Positions 44,465 to 54,687 are shown, counted from the first letter of the stretch. The stretch: 64,000 nucleotides of DNA from an uncultured Bacteroidales bacterium (GCA_947169015.1 CAMVOD010000002.1:53855-117854), one strand, 5' to 3'. Notes: generated from the sequence alone by a model not told the origin. Numbers and translations: made by a program.

Positions 44465-46188
44465 CACCGCTCGAGCTACTAGCTCCTGCCAGAAATAAGG
44501 ACATCGGCATTGCAGCAATAGACTGCGGTGCCGATGCCGTATATATCGCAGGACCTTCTTTCGGAGCACGCGAGGCCGCAGGGAACCCCGTGGAGGACAT
44601 TGCCGTCCTCGCACAGTATGCCCACCGCTTCGGCGCGAGAGTCTATGCTACCGTCAACACGCTGCTGCACGACGACGAGCTGAAGCGGGCCGCAGACCTG
44701 GTCCGGGAGCTTTACAAGGTCGGAGTGGACGCCGTCCTGGTGCAGGACTACCGGCTGCTGGAGCAGGAGCTTCCGCCCATCGAGCTGCACGCATCCACCC
44801 AGGCAGTGTGCCGCACCCCCGCCCAGGCCGTCGCCCTCGAGGCCCTCGGCTTCAGCAGGCTAGTGCTCGAAAGGCAGCTGTCGCTGGAGCAGATCCGAGC
44901 TATCCGCGAAGCCGTTTCCTGCGAACTTGAATTCTTCGTGGCCGGCGCCCTGTGCGTATGTTACAGCGGCGAGTGCTTCCTGAGCGAATACCTCACTGAC
45001 CGCAGCGCCAACCGCGGAGCCTGCATACAGGCCTGCCGCTCGCTCTACGACCTTCAGGACGCATCCGGCAGGACGCTTGTGCGGAACTATCCCCTGCTGT
45101 CACTGCAGGACTACCGGCTCGACGGCCGCATCGCAGAACTGGCGCAGGCCGGCATCTGTTCCTTCAAGATAGAAGGCCGGCTCAAGAGCGAAAGCTACGT
45201 GCGCAACGTCGTGCGGCACTACAGCCTCGCCCTCAACAAGTTCATAGCTGCCAATCCGCAGTTCCGCCGCGCATCTGCCGGCCGCATCGAAGGCGGCTTC
45301 ACCCCCGACCTGCCGGCCACCTTCAACAGGGGCTTCACCGAACTGTACATCGACGGCACGAGAGGCCGCTGGCTGTCCGGCGACAGCACCAAGTCGAAGG
45401 GTGAATATGCCGGAAAGATTACCGCCGTCGGCGAAGGCTGGATAGAACTCGACGGCACCCTTGCCATCAGCAACGGCGACGGGCTGTGCACAGTGTCCGC
45501 CAACGGAGAGCAGACAGGCTTCCGTGCCGACCGCTGCACCGGCCGCAGGATAGAGATCAAAAGCAGCGAAGGGCTCAGGGTCGGACAGGAAATCTGGCGC
45601 AACTACAACATCGCTTTCGAAAAACAGCTGCGCAGCGACAGAGCGGAGCGTCTCATTGACGTGGCAGTCGACTTCTCAGCCGACTCCATCACTGCAGTCA
45701 GTGCTGCCGGAGCTTCCGTCACCCTCGACATCAGCGGCGACTACCCGCCCGCCCGCAACATCGCCAGCGCGGTTGACAACATCCGCCGGCAGCTGGGCAA
45801 GCGCTCGGGAGCCTACTCCTTCCACGTAATGTCGGTCGACGACACGGACGTGCGCTTCTATCCGCTGTCGGTGCTGAACGGCTTCCGCAGGGAGCTGGCC
45901 GCAATGCTGGACGAAAGGATGGCAGAGATAATGGCTGCCGGCCGCCGTGCATTCAAGCCCACCGGGGCTGCGCTGCCGCCGCAGAAAAGGAAGGCTGAAG
46001 ACGGTGTGCTGATGCGCAGCCGCTACTGCATCCGCTACGAACTCGGCCTCTGTCCCAAATTCGGGAAAAGGGCCGACAGCAGGCTTCTGCGCCAGGACTT
46101 CGAGGAACCGCTCTTCCTCGTTAACAACGGCCGCCGCCTGCAGCTGGCCTTCGACTGCAAAGCCTGCGAAATGAAGGTGTTGAATTAG
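44455..46188 (+). CDS. Peptidase U32 family protein
   Basis: Start set at ATG 44455 (MQLTPLELLAPARNKDIGIAAIDCGADAVYI), overlapping the TPR gene end by 10 nt. Typical U32 N-terminal TIM-barrel pattern. Confidence 0.85.
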   Translation: MQLTPLELLAPARNKDIGIAAIDCGADAVYIAGPSFGAREAAGNPVEDIAVLAQYAHRFGARVYATVNTLLHDDELKRAADLVRELYKVGVDAVLVQDYRLLEQELPPIELHASTQAVCRTPAQAVALEALGFSRLVLERQLSLEQIRAIREAVSCELEFFVAGALCVCYSGECFLSEYLTDRSANRGACIQACRSLYDLQDASGRTLVRNYPLLSLQDYRLDGRIAELAQAGICSFKIEGRLKSESYVRNVVRHYSLALNKFIAANPQFRRASAGRIEGGFTPDLPATFNRGFTELYIDGTRGRWLSGDSTKSKGEYAGKITAVGEGWIELDGTLAISNGDGLCTVSANGEQTGFRADRCTGRRIEIKSSEGLRVGQEIWRNYNIAFEKQLRSDRAERLIDVAVDFSADSITAVSAAGASVTLDISGDYPPARNIASAVDNIRRQLGKRSGAYSFHVMSVDDTDVRFYPLSVLNGFRRELAAMLDERMAEIMAAGRRAFKPTGAALPPQKRKAEDGVLMRSRYCIRYELGLCPKFGKRADSRLLRQDFEEPLFLVNNGRRLQLAFDCKACEMKVLN

Positions 46189-46200
46189 AAGTTTTTTCAT

Positions 46201-46208
46201 TAATTTTG
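46201..46208 (+). promoter_or_regulatory. Candidate -7 promoter box (TAATTTTG) for pyrH-frr
   Basis: TAnnTTTG match 21 nt upstream of ATG 46230. Confidence 0.45.
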
Positions 46209-46229
46209 TTTGTTTGCAACAACAGGACT

Positions 46230-46943
46230 ATGAAGTACAACAGAATACTCTTGAAACTCAGCGGCGAAGCCATAGGCGGGCCGGACGGACAGGGTCTTGA
46301 CGAACCCATCCTGACATCTTATGCATCCCAGATCGCTTCAGTAGTGCGCAGCGGCGTGCAGGTAGCGATAGTCATCGGCGGCGGCAACATCTTCCGCGGC
46401 CTTGCCGGCACCCAGCAGGGTTTCGACCGCGTGCGCGGCGACCAGATGGGAATGCTCGCGACAGTCATCAACAGCATAGGGCTGTCCATCTTCATCAAGA
46501 AGGCCGGCGTCCCTGCCGAAGTGTTCACCTCGACCCCGATGGAGCCGATGGCGAAATACTACAGGCGCGACGAAGCCGTGGAGTTTATGGAGAAAGGCGG
46601 AGTCGCCATAATCGCCGGCGGCACCGGCAACCCCTTCTTCACCACCGACTCTGCTTCTGCCCTGCGTGCCTGCGAAATCAAGGCTGACGCCCTGCTGAAA
46701 GGCACAAAGGTGGACGGTGTCTACGACTGCGACCCGGCCAAAAACCCGGACGCCAGGAAATACACCGCCCTGACCTTCGACAAGGCCCTTGCCGACGGAC
46801 TCAAGGTGATGGACAGCACGGCGTTCACGCTCTGCCGCGAGAACGATATGCCCATCATCGTTTTCAATATGACCAAACCCGGCACCCTCGAGGCCCTCGT
46901 GGTCGAAGGCAAGGATGTCGGAACCATAGTAAGCAACAAATAA
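46230..46943 (+). CDS. pyrH: UMP kinase
   Basis: Start set at ATG 46230 (MKYNRILLKLSGEA...). Contains the GGGNIFRG motif. Confidence 0.93.
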   Translation: MKYNRILLKLSGEAIGGPDGQGLDEPILTSYASQIASVVRSGVQVAIVIGGGNIFRGLAGTQQGFDRVRGDQMGMLATVINSIGLSIFIKKAGVPAEVFTSTPMEPMAKYYRRDEAVEFMEKGGVAIIAGGTGNPFFTTDSASALRACEIKADALLKGTKVDGVYDCDPAKNPDARKYTALTFDKALADGLKVMDSTAFTLCRENDMPIIVFNMTKPGTLEALVVEGKDVGTIVSNK

Positions 46944-46959
46944 TAAAAACGAAATAATT

Positions 46960-47523
46960 ATGATCGAGAAAGCTAAAGCTGTCCTCGAAGACAGCAAGAA
47001 AAAGATGCAGGACGCGGTCCATCACCTCGACGAGGAACTCAAGACCTACCGCGCCGGCAAAGCCAACCCCGCTGTTTTCGCCAACGTTATGGTGAACTAC
47101 TACGGCAATATGACTCCCATCCCCCAGGTAGCCAGCATTTCAGTGCCTGACGCCAAGACTATGTTCATCCAGCCCTGGGAGAGGAATATGATCGCCCCCA
47201 TCGAGAAGGCCATTATGGACGCGAACATCGGTTTCACCCCTCAGAACAACGGTGAAGTCATCCGCATAAACGTTCCCGCCCTCACCGAGGACCGTCGCCG
47301 CGAGCTGGTCAAGAAGGCCAAGAACGAAGGCGAGACCGCCAAGGTGAGCATCCGCAACGTGCGCCGCGACACCATCAACACTCTCAAGAAGCTGCAGAAA
47401 GAAGGCCTGCCCGAGGATGTCGAGAAGGACAGCGAAGAGACTGTTCAGAAAGACACCGACAACTTCACCAAGAAAGTTGACGAGCTGCTCGCAGCCAAGG
47501 AAAAGGAAATAATGACCGTATAA
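46960..47523 (+). CDS. frr: Ribosome recycling factor
   Basis: 187 aa, follows pyrH, typical Frr sequence (RAGKANPAVF...IRNVRRD). Confidence 0.95.
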   Translation: MIEKAKAVLEDSKKKMQDAVHHLDEELKTYRAGKANPAVFANVMVNYYGNMTPIPQVASISVPDAKTMFIQPWERNMIAPIEKAIMDANIGFTPQNNGEVIRINVPALTEDRRRELVKKAKNEGETAKVSIRNVRRDTINTLKKLQKEGLPEDVEKDSEETVQKDTDNFTKKVDELLAAKEKEIMTV

Positions 47524-48656
47524 TGCAGTTCGCTCAGCTGCATTGCAATGAAGCCCTGAAAGCCAGCCTGGCCGGAATGGTCGACAGCGGCAAGATGGGT
47601 CACGCCCTCCTGTTTGTCGAGGAACAAGGGATGGGCGCGATTGCTTATGCGCTGGCGCTCAGCCAATACATCAACTGCAAGGACCGCAGCGGCGGTGACA
47701 GCTGCGGAGTGTGCAACAGCTGCCACAAGCACGGCAAGCTGATCCATCCAGACGTGCATTTCGTGTTCCCCGTCGCGGCAGTCTCGTCGCTCGGCGAGTC
47801 TGAGAAGAAGCATCCCATCTCGGATTACTTCCTGGACGGCTTCAGGACTCTGATGCTCTCCAACCCGTACTTCGACGAGCAGGACCTTTTCGATGCGCTC
47901 GGCCTTGAGAACAAGGCTGGGAACATCTCGGTCCACGAAGCCAGGGACATCATCTCGAAGCTCTCCCTCAAGCCCTACGAGTCGGAGTTCAAGGTGATGA
48001 TCATCTATCTGGCCGAGAAGATGAACGCAGAGGCTTCCAACAAGCTGCTCAAGCTGCTGGAAGAGCCCCCCGAGGGGACGTACTTCTTCCTGGTGTGCCA
48101 CAAGCCCGACAAGCTGCTGCCCACGATCCTTTCGCGCTGCCAGATAATACGTCTGCAGCCGGACTCTCCCGAAGCCATCTGCGAAATCCTCTGCCGGGAG
48201 GAGCAGGCCGACGCCGACCACGCAATGGTTGCCGCCCGCATTTCGCGAGGAAGCTATGGCAGCGCCCTGAAAGTGCTGCGGGAAGAGGAGCTCTCCGACG
48301 AATATGCTTCGGACATCCGCAGTCTGCTGGACGCGGCCCTGGAGCACAATCTCACCAAGCTGCTGGCCATCGCGGAGGCTCTGACCACCCCCGGACGCGA
48401 GAAACAGAGAGATTTCTGCGTCTATGCGGAGAATTATATCCGGAAAATATTTATGTTTGCAAACGGTGTCCCGCAGATATCATTCGCTTTGCAGGGCGAA
48501 TACCAGGACCTCGGACGGTATGCCGCTCAGATCAAAAAGGATTTCTACAGCAAGGCGCTTGCAAGCCTGGACACCGCAATATCCGCAATAGAGAGCAATG
48601 TCAACGCGAAGCTGATTTTCGTTGACCTTTGCAACAGGTTTTACATCTACATCTGA
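47523..48656 (+). CDS. holB: DNA polymerase III subunit delta prime
   Basis: GHALLF clamp-loader motif, zinc module CGVCNSCHK and SRCQ motif. Confidence 0.88.
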   Translation: MQFAQLHCNEALKASLAGMVDSGKMGHALLFVEEQGMGAIAYALALSQYINCKDRSGGDSCGVCNSCHKHGKLIHPDVHFVFPVAAVSSLGESEKKHPISDYFLDGFRTLMLSNPYFDEQDLFDALGLENKAGNISVHEARDIISKLSLKPYESEFKVMIIYLAEKMNAEASNKLLKLLEEPPEGTYFFLVCHKPDKLLPTILSRCQIIRLQPDSPEAICEILCREEQADADHAMVAARISRGSYGSALKVLREEELSDEYASDIRSLLDAALEHNLTKLLAIAEALTTPGREKQRDFCVYAENYIRKIFMFANGVPQISFALQGEYQDLGRYAAQIKKDFYSKALASLDTAISAIESNVNAKLIFVDLCNRFYIYI

Positions 48657-48658
48657 CA

Positions 48659-49819
48659 ATGGAAGACAAAAAGATATATGATTGTTCCAGAGCCTGCACC
48701 GTCGAAAGGACTGAAGACAACGAGCTGCTGATAAACTACAGTCTGGGCTGCTCGAAGCTGGCTGCCTACAACTGGCTTACCGGCATCAATTCCGCGTCGT
48801 GCAAGGACCTTTTCGAAGTGCGCTTCAAGAACACTCACAAAGGCATATACCGCAACACCTCCGGGCTCATCCTCAAAATCGGCGACATCGTCGTGGTTGA
48901 GGCTACCTACGGTCACGACGTAGGCATCATCACCCTCGAAGGCCCCATCGTCGCGCGGCAGATGGTCCGTCACCATATCGACCCGGCCACATACGAATTC
49001 AAGAAAATATACCGCAAGGCCAAGATCCTCGACATCGAAAGGTGGCAGGAGGCCATCGCCAGGGAGCACAAGACTATGATCCGCTCCCGCCAGATTGCCG
49101 AGAAGCTCGGGCTGAGTATGAAAATCGGCGACGTGGAGTTCCAGGGCGACGGCACCAAGGCTATCTTCTATTACATAGCCGACGAAAGGGTGGATTTCCG
49201 CCAGCTGATCAAGGATTTCGCCGCTGAATTCGGCATCCGCATCGAGATGAAGCAGATCGGCGCCCGTCAGGAGGCCGGCCTCATCGGAGGCATCGGAGTC
49301 TGCGGAAGGCCGCTGTGCTGCTCTTGCTATATGGCTGACTTCAGCTCCATCAACACCCAGGCAGCCCGCTGCCAGGAGCTTTCCCTCAACCCGCAGAAGC
49401 TGGCCGGACAGTGCAGCAAGCTGAAATGCTGCATCAACTACGAAGCATCCACATATCTCGACGCCCGCAGCAAGTTCCCCATCGTCAAGGATCCCCTCGA
49501 ATTCAAGGACGGCAGCGCCTGGCTCGTCAAGACCGACATCCTGGGCGGCATTATGTGGTTCTCTTACGAGAAGAACAGTCTGACCAACATCTTCCCTCTC
49601 AATATCGACCAGGTCCGCAAGGTGCAGGCCATCAACCGCAAGGGCGGCAAGCCTGATTCCCTGCAGAGCATCAACTCCGCTGCTGAAGAAAAGGAGACCG
49701 AGACTGCCTTTGTCAGCGCGGCCGGCGACGAGAGCATCACCCGTTTCGACGAAAGCAAGCACAAGAACAACCGCAGACGCAAAGGTCGCAGGAACAATGG
49801 GCAGAAGGAGGAGAAATAG
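48659..49819 (+). CDS. PSP1 domain protein (YaaT/RicT-like)
   Basis: Start set at ATG 48659 (MEDKKIYDCS...). Conserved position after holB. Cys cluster GVCGRPLCCSCY...CSKLKCC. Confidence 0.85.
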   Translation: MEDKKIYDCSRACTVERTEDNELLINYSLGCSKLAAYNWLTGINSASCKDLFEVRFKNTHKGIYRNTSGLILKIGDIVVVEATYGHDVGIITLEGPIVARQMVRHHIDPATYEFKKIYRKAKILDIERWQEAIAREHKTMIRSRQIAEKLGLSMKIGDVEFQGDGTKAIFYYIADERVDFRQLIKDFAAEFGIRIEMKQIGARQEAGLIGGIGVCGRPLCCSCYMADFSSINTQAARCQELSLNPQKLAGQCSKLKCCINYEASTYLDARSKFPIVKDPLEFKDGSAWLVKTDILGGIMWFSYEKNSLTNIFPLNIDQVRKVQAINRKGGKPDSLQSINSAAEEKETETAFVSAAGDESITRFDESKHKNNRRRKGRRNNGQKEEK

Positions 49820-50276
49820 CTTTGCCATCCTGCTTGCCTGCCTGGCCCTGACTGCTTGCAATAAGCCTCAGGAGGGCTATCAGTATGCTGTTCTCGACTC
49901 CTACGGCATCAAGGAAGCAGTGTTCGAGTTCGATATGGACTCGACTCTGACCTACGACACATTTTTCTGCTGCCGCTACGACCTTGGGCAGATCGACAGG
50001 GAACACGTCAGGCTCTTCATCAAGGCCGTCTCTCCGGCAGGCTTTACCTATCGCGACACCGTCGACTTTCCTTTGTACCGTTCCAAGGCGCAGGCAAAGG
50101 GCGACCGTTATACAAAATTCAACATTGAACAGAACTGGAACGCCAATATCGAATGGACCTGGCGCACGAACGTCAGCAGCGCCCAGGCCGGAGTCTGGAC
50201 CATCAGTGCCAGACCGGAGCGCTACACGGGACTGCATTCGCTTGGCTTCGGTTATAATCCTGTGAGGAACAAGTGA
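49797..50276 (+). CDS. Small lipoprotein, GldH-like by size, lipobox and position after the PSP1 gene
   Basis: Start set at ATG 49797 (MGRRRRNSFAILLACLALTAC). 159 aa. The family assignment rests on synteny and size, not on strong motif recognition. Confidence 0.5.
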   Translation: MGRRRRNSFAILLACLALTACNKPQEGYQYAVLDSYGIKEAVFEFDMDSTLTYDTFFCCRYDLGQIDREHVRLFIKAVSPAGFTYRDTVDFPLYRSKAQAKGDRYTKFNIEQNWNANIEWTWRTNVSSAQAGVWTISARPERYTGLHSLGFGYNPVRNK

Positions 50277-50947
50277 TGAGCGGGAAGAACAAACTTGCAA
50301 AGTTCCGCGAGAACGAGACCTTCAGCTGCCTGCTGCAACCGTCGTCCGACGATATGCTTGCCGGTAATTTCCCGGTGAAGGGCCACTGGCACGAGGAGGT
50401 TTTCCACAACGACAATCCGATAGTGCTGGAGCTCGGCTGCGGACGCGGCGAATATACTGTAGCCCTTGCGGAACGCAATCCGCAGGTGAATTACATCGGC
50501 ATCGACATCAAGGGTGCAAGGCTTTGGAAGGGCGCGAAATATGCCACCGAGCACGGTTTGTCGAACGTGGCGTTCCTGCGCACCCGCATCGATTTCATCA
50601 AGTCTGCGTTCGGACCTGACGAGGTCAGCGAGATCTGGCTGACTTTCTCGGACCCGCAGCCTAAGAAGCCCGGCAAACGCCTCACTTCTCCCCTTTTCCT
50701 CGACCGCTACCGTGCATTTACGAAAAAGGGCGCCATCGTCCATCTCAAGACTGACAGCGTCCTTCTTCACGAATATTCGATTGAAATAGCTCAGGAGCAA
50801 AACCTCGAAATCCTCGAGTGCAACTCTGACATCTATGGCAGCGGCCGCGCCGCCGATCCTGACGACATTCTCTGCGTCAAGACCTACTACGAGCAGATGT
50901 GGCTCGCCGAAGGCAAGCCCATCACCTATCTCGCATTCAGACTCTAA
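50273..50947 (+). CDS. trmB: tRNA (guanine-N7)-methyltransferase
   Basis: SAM motif VLELGCGRGEY and FSDPQPKK. Confidence 0.92.
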   Translation: MMSGKNKLAKFRENETFSCLLQPSSDDMLAGNFPVKGHWHEEVFHNDNPIVLELGCGRGEYTVALAERNPQVNYIGIDIKGARLWKGAKYATEHGLSNVAFLRTRIDFIKSAFGPDEVSEIWLTFSDPQPKKPGKRLTSPLFLDRYRAFTKKGAIVHLKTDSVLLHEYSIEIAQEQNLEILECNSDIYGSGRAADPDDILCVKTYYEQMWLAEGKPITYLAFRL

Positions 50948-51654
50948 CGGGCGAAATCTTTCAGCAGCTTGTGCAGCAGCTCGCTCACGTACTGGCTCTC
51001 CAGAGGATGGGAACCGAAGGTGGGCACTTCGCGCACGAAATTCACTACGCGGTCTTCTTCAACATCGACTACTGCGCAATACATAATGTTGCCGTAAGGG
51101 TCGCTCACGTAGTAGTTCCTTGAGGGATTGGTCAGGCCGCTGATGCCTGTCAGGCTCTCGATTGCCTTGTCGACAACCCTGCTGGCAGCTTTCTCGAGCT
51201 TCTCACGCTGGTAACCGGCGACTGTCTGGGTATAGCCGAATGAATAGATGACGATGCCGTAGCGGTTGCCGCTGTTCTTGACCAGAGTCTTGAGTGACTT
51301 GGGCACGCGGAGGCGGTCAGCTCTTGAGGGTGTATTCTCGTCGAAGTTGGTCACCCATTTCCGGATATCGGCATTGTCGTCGTCGTAGTCTGCGGAAATC
51401 ACGTCTGTGAACGGATAGCGCTCCGATTCTACGATGCTGGTTATCAGTTGAGTCGCTTTACGCGAATTATCCTCGTTGTAATAACCCTTACCGTCATCAC
51501 CATACACAATCATATAAGAGTAGGGCTCAATGAATGCAAACTCCTGGACAGACGCCAGGTTAGTTCCACTCTGCGTATAGCGTGCAGGGCCGCAGGACTC
51601 CAGCGCGACAAGCGCCAAGGTCATCATTACAATAAGATTCAGTACTTTTTTCAT
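50944..51654 (-). CDS. Hypothetical lipoprotein
   Basis: Start set at ATG 51654 (MKKVLNLIVMMTLALVALESC). No family was recognised. Confidence 0.65.
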   Translation of the reverse strand: MKKVLNLIVMMTLALVALESCGPARYTQSGTNLASVQEFAFIEPYSYMIVYGDDGKGYYNEDNSRKATQLITSIVESERYPFTDVISADYDDDNADIRKWVTNFDENTPSRADRLRVPKSLKTLVKNSGNRYGIVIYSFGYTQTVAGYQREKLEKAASRVVDKAIESLTGISGLTNPSRNYYVSDPYGNIMYCAVVDVEEDRVVNFVREVPTFGSHPLESQYVSELLHKLLKDFAR

Positions 51655-51676
51655 TGGATCGTTATATTGATTTTGA

Positions 51677-51684
51677 CAAAGATA
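51677..51684 (-). promoter_or_regulatory. Candidate -7 promoter box (TATCTTTG) for the lipoprotein gene
   Basis: TAnnTTTG match on the minus strand, 22 nt upstream of the ATG at 51654. Confidence 0.4.
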
Positions 51685-51703
51685 AGAAAAATGAAACAAG
51701 TCA

Positions 51704-53140
51704 TCATTGACGCTTCAGCGGGGCGCGCATCGTGGAGGCGTCGGCCGTGCCGTCGGCGGTCAGGTCGAAGACCATAAAATCCGGGGCGGCAGCGGTGTAC
51801 TGTTTCCAGCCCAAGCCGGGGTCGCCGGTCTTTGCGAAATTGGTCCAGCAGCTGATGACGTGCTCGGCGAGGTCCCAGTCGGCCTTGGTGAAGGGCCTGT
51901 CGCCGCGGTCCAGCGACTTGAACATATACCAGAGCTCTGAGGAGTGGAAGGCGCCCTTCATATCGTGCGAGCCCGCGGCATCATCAGGCAGCTCGTGAGC
52001 GAACTGATAGGCGAAGACAGGCTTGCCGGCAGCGGCACGAAGCTCGCAGAAGCGGCGGACGCCCTCTTCCGGATTGCCCATATCATCCTTCGTGTAGCCT
52101 ATCATATACGGTATATCCTTGATGCGGCCTTCCAGGGCTGCGCTGTCGAAACTTTCGGTGGATACATAGCCGTCGATGATGGGCGAGGTGGAAAGACGGA
52201 CAGTGACGCCGTTTGCTGCCGAATATCTGGCCGCCAGCGTGAATATCTCTTCGGTGGATGCAGCGCGCATCTTCTCCAGGGTGTCATAGCCTGCCCAGTC
52301 GAGACCGTGTTTATAGGCCTCGCCGATCATAGTCATCTGATTTATCGACGGCTGGGTGGGGGCAGGCGCTCCGGCCGGGCGCACGTTGACTCCGCCGCCG
52401 CTCTGGATGATCGCCTTCTTTATGAGATTGCCGGTCAGCGGTGAAGCAACGAGAGTCTTGACGCTGCCTGCTCCGGCACTCTGGCCGAAGACAGTTATGT
52501 TGTCGGGGTCCCCGCCGAACGCTGCGATATTGGCGTGAATCCACTTGAGTGCGGCTATCTGGTCAAGGATGCCGTAGTTGCCTGACACGTGATGAGGGCT
52601 CTCTTCGGTCAGCAGCGGATGGCACATAAAGCCGAAGACTCCGAGGCGGTAGTTGATGGTCACCAGCACTACGCCTTTCTCGGCCCATACCTTACCGTCG
52701 AACTCAGGCTCATAGCCCCAGCCTCCGGTGTAGGCGCCGCCGTGGATCCACATAGCCACCGGCAGTTTCTTTTCAGGCTTGCCCGGAGCCGGCGTCCACA
52801 CATTCAGATAGAGGCAGTCCTCGCTGAATTCCGGGTCCTCCCAGTAGAATTCGCTGGTCCAGGGATTGCTGGAGTCGTGCTTGGCCTGCATCGCACCGGG
52901 CCCGAAGGTATCGGCCATACGGACACCCTCCCAGGGAACGACAGGCTGAGGCTCCTTCCAGCGCAGGTCCCCGACAGGCGGCGCCGCGAAAGGAATGCCC
53001 TTATAGATATACACCCCTTTGACAGATGATTCAACACCTTGGATCTTGCCTCCCTCAATGTCGAGAACGGGATTTGCCGGCTTACACCCGACAAGCGCCA
53101 CGGCAATCGCCACGGCCACAAAAAATGAACTGGTTCGCAT
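51704..53140 (-). CDS. Type-B carboxylesterase/lipase-family lipoprotein
   Basis: Start set at ATG 53140 (MRTSSFFVAVAIAVALVGC). Nucleophile elbow GQSAGA and an oxyanion-region HGGAY. Confidence 0.88.
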   Translation of the reverse strand: MRTSSFFVAVAIAVALVGCKPANPVLDIEGGKIQGVESSVKGVYIYKGIPFAAPPVGDLRWKEPQPVVPWEGVRMADTFGPGAMQAKHDSSNPWTSEFYWEDPEFSEDCLYLNVWTPAPGKPEKKLPVAMWIHGGAYTGGWGYEPEFDGKVWAEKGVVLVTINYRLGVFGFMCHPLLTEESPHHVSGNYGILDQIAALKWIHANIAAFGGDPDNITVFGQSAGAGSVKTLVASPLTGNLIKKAIIQSGGGVNVRPAGAPAPTQPSINQMTMIGEAYKHGLDWAGYDTLEKMRAASTEEIFTLAARYSAANGVTVRLSTSPIIDGYVSTESFDSAALEGRIKDIPYMIGYTKDDMGNPEEGVRRFCELRAAAGKPVFAYQFAHELPDDAAGSHDMKGAFHSSELWYMFKSLDRGDRPFTKADWDLAEHVISCWTNFAKTGDPGLGWKQYTAAAPDFMVFDLTADGTADASTMRAPLKRQ

Positions 53141-53295
53141 AGTGCTATCGTTTAACTCCACTAAGTTAGTGAAAAAGTAACGACAGTGATTTCAAGCAGA
53201 GATACTATTCCGCCTCTTCCTTAAGTTTCTCTGTATGCCTTTTCCTTTGATAGTACAAAGGAATACTTCTAAGGCCATCAATATGTTCGAATAGG

Positions 53296-53892
53296 TTATT
53301 CTCTACATGTGACTTCCCGTCTGGCAAGCTTAGCTGCTGGCACAAAATCCGAGTCCCCTGAAATCAGGACAATTTTATCTACAAACCGTTTCAAAGCAAG
53401 AGAGGCGATGTCTACCCCGATCTTCATATCAATACCTTTTTGATGCATATCGTAGTATACATCCTCCTCCTTTATATCATCAATAGTGATTTCCTTTCGA
53501 AGAAGACTAGTTGATACCCTATCATACAGAATCCAACGTCTACCATCTTTAATGGTTCCAAGCCGGAGGGCAACCTTTCTTTGGCGTTTTAATTCTTCAA
53601 AAACCGCCTTCATCATTGAAGATTCCGGGGTCTTCGCAAAATCGATGCACCTTTTTGAGATTGGATTGTGTACCTTTTTGTCGAACGGAATACAGTCATA
53701 ATAGAAGATACGGTATAAATAGTTATTATCCCCAACATGAGAATGCGCGATAGTATACAAATCTTTTACTATTGTTTCTGGTGTCTTGCTCCTATCCTTA
53801 TTGTAAAGGGTTTTATAGCGCTTCATAAAATACCCACCATCAACCATGACAGCCACGCGAATAGGAGTTGAAGTATACTTGTTGTGAGGCAT
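53296..53892 (-). CDS. NYN/LabA-like (PIN-fold) domain protein, probably truncated at the C-terminus
   Basis: Start set at ATG 53892 (MPHNKYTSTPIRVAVMVDGGYF...). Contains the ISGDSDFVPAAKLARRE motif. Visibly low GC. A 38-codon open frame continues in the +1 frame past the stop (see findings). Confidence 0.7.
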   Translation of the reverse strand: MPHNKYTSTPIRVAVMVDGGYFMKRYKTLYNKDRSKTPETIVKDLYTIAHSHVGDNNYLYRIFYYDCIPFDKKVHNPISKRCIDFAKTPESSMMKAVFEELKRQRKVALRLGTIKDGRRWILYDRVSTSLLRKEITIDDIKEEDVYYDMHQKGIDMKIGVDIASLALKRFVDKIVLISGDSDFVPAAKLARREVTCRE

Positions 53893-54511
53893 AATAAGAC
53901 TATAAATAAAAATGGCCTTTGGGTTGGGCTTGAACGTTATACAGGAAGGTTCAAGCGTAACCAAAGGCTTAATAATGTATCGCTAAGGTAATCATTTTTT
54001 CGCAACCTGAGTTATTAATTCTCAATAACTAATCTGGGGAGGCAAATACCTTCTCCAATCCGACTGCAATAGTAGCAATAATCTATTGCCCTACCCGCTT
54101 TTAAGCATTTATATCCGCTTAACTTTCTTTGGCCTTGATTTATAGCGTTTTTTGGAAAAGTGGAAGGAGTTAAATTATATTGATCTCTATTTGCACTTTG
54201 TCGGTAAAGGGAAGTTAAATGAATATCTATACGATAAAGATGACGAGCAATACTCTATAGGCAAGTTATAGTTTGTATTATCAAGCCAGCCAACAGTAAT
54301 AGTTTTGTACTTGTCACCAGTTATTTATTTGAAATCTGATCAAGTCATAGTATGGTCAAACCCAACTTTTGCATTTAGTTGGAACCGGCTCTGTATGCGA
54401 TTGGTAGCAGGGTGTTATCTCAATGCATGGCCTTTTAGTGCAGCGTTGTGAGAGATGAGCCGCTACAGGTGTCTGTGGCGGGGTTGTAGTTCCAATGCGG
54501 ATGTCGGGTTT

Positions 54512-54687
54512 ATGCCGCTGGAAGGGAAGTAAGGCCTTCGGGGGGCTGGCCACCCGCGGCGGCAGAGCGGGAGGAACCCGACGAATGCGAGTTCTGCGAA
54601 GCAGGACGAAGCAGGCGTTGGGAGGGATTGGAGTGAGCCGAAGGCGAACGGAACCCCCCGAAGGCCTTACTTCCCTTCCAGCGGCAT
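54512..54687 (-). repeat. 176-bp palindromic element, copy 2 (perfect 34-bp stem, 108-bp core inverted relative to copy 1)
   Basis: 54512-54545 ATGCCGCTGGAAGGGAAGTAAGGCCTTCGGGGGG is the exact reverse complement of 54654-54687. The core 54546-54653 is the reverse complement of 38466-38573 with one substitution. Confidence 0.9.
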
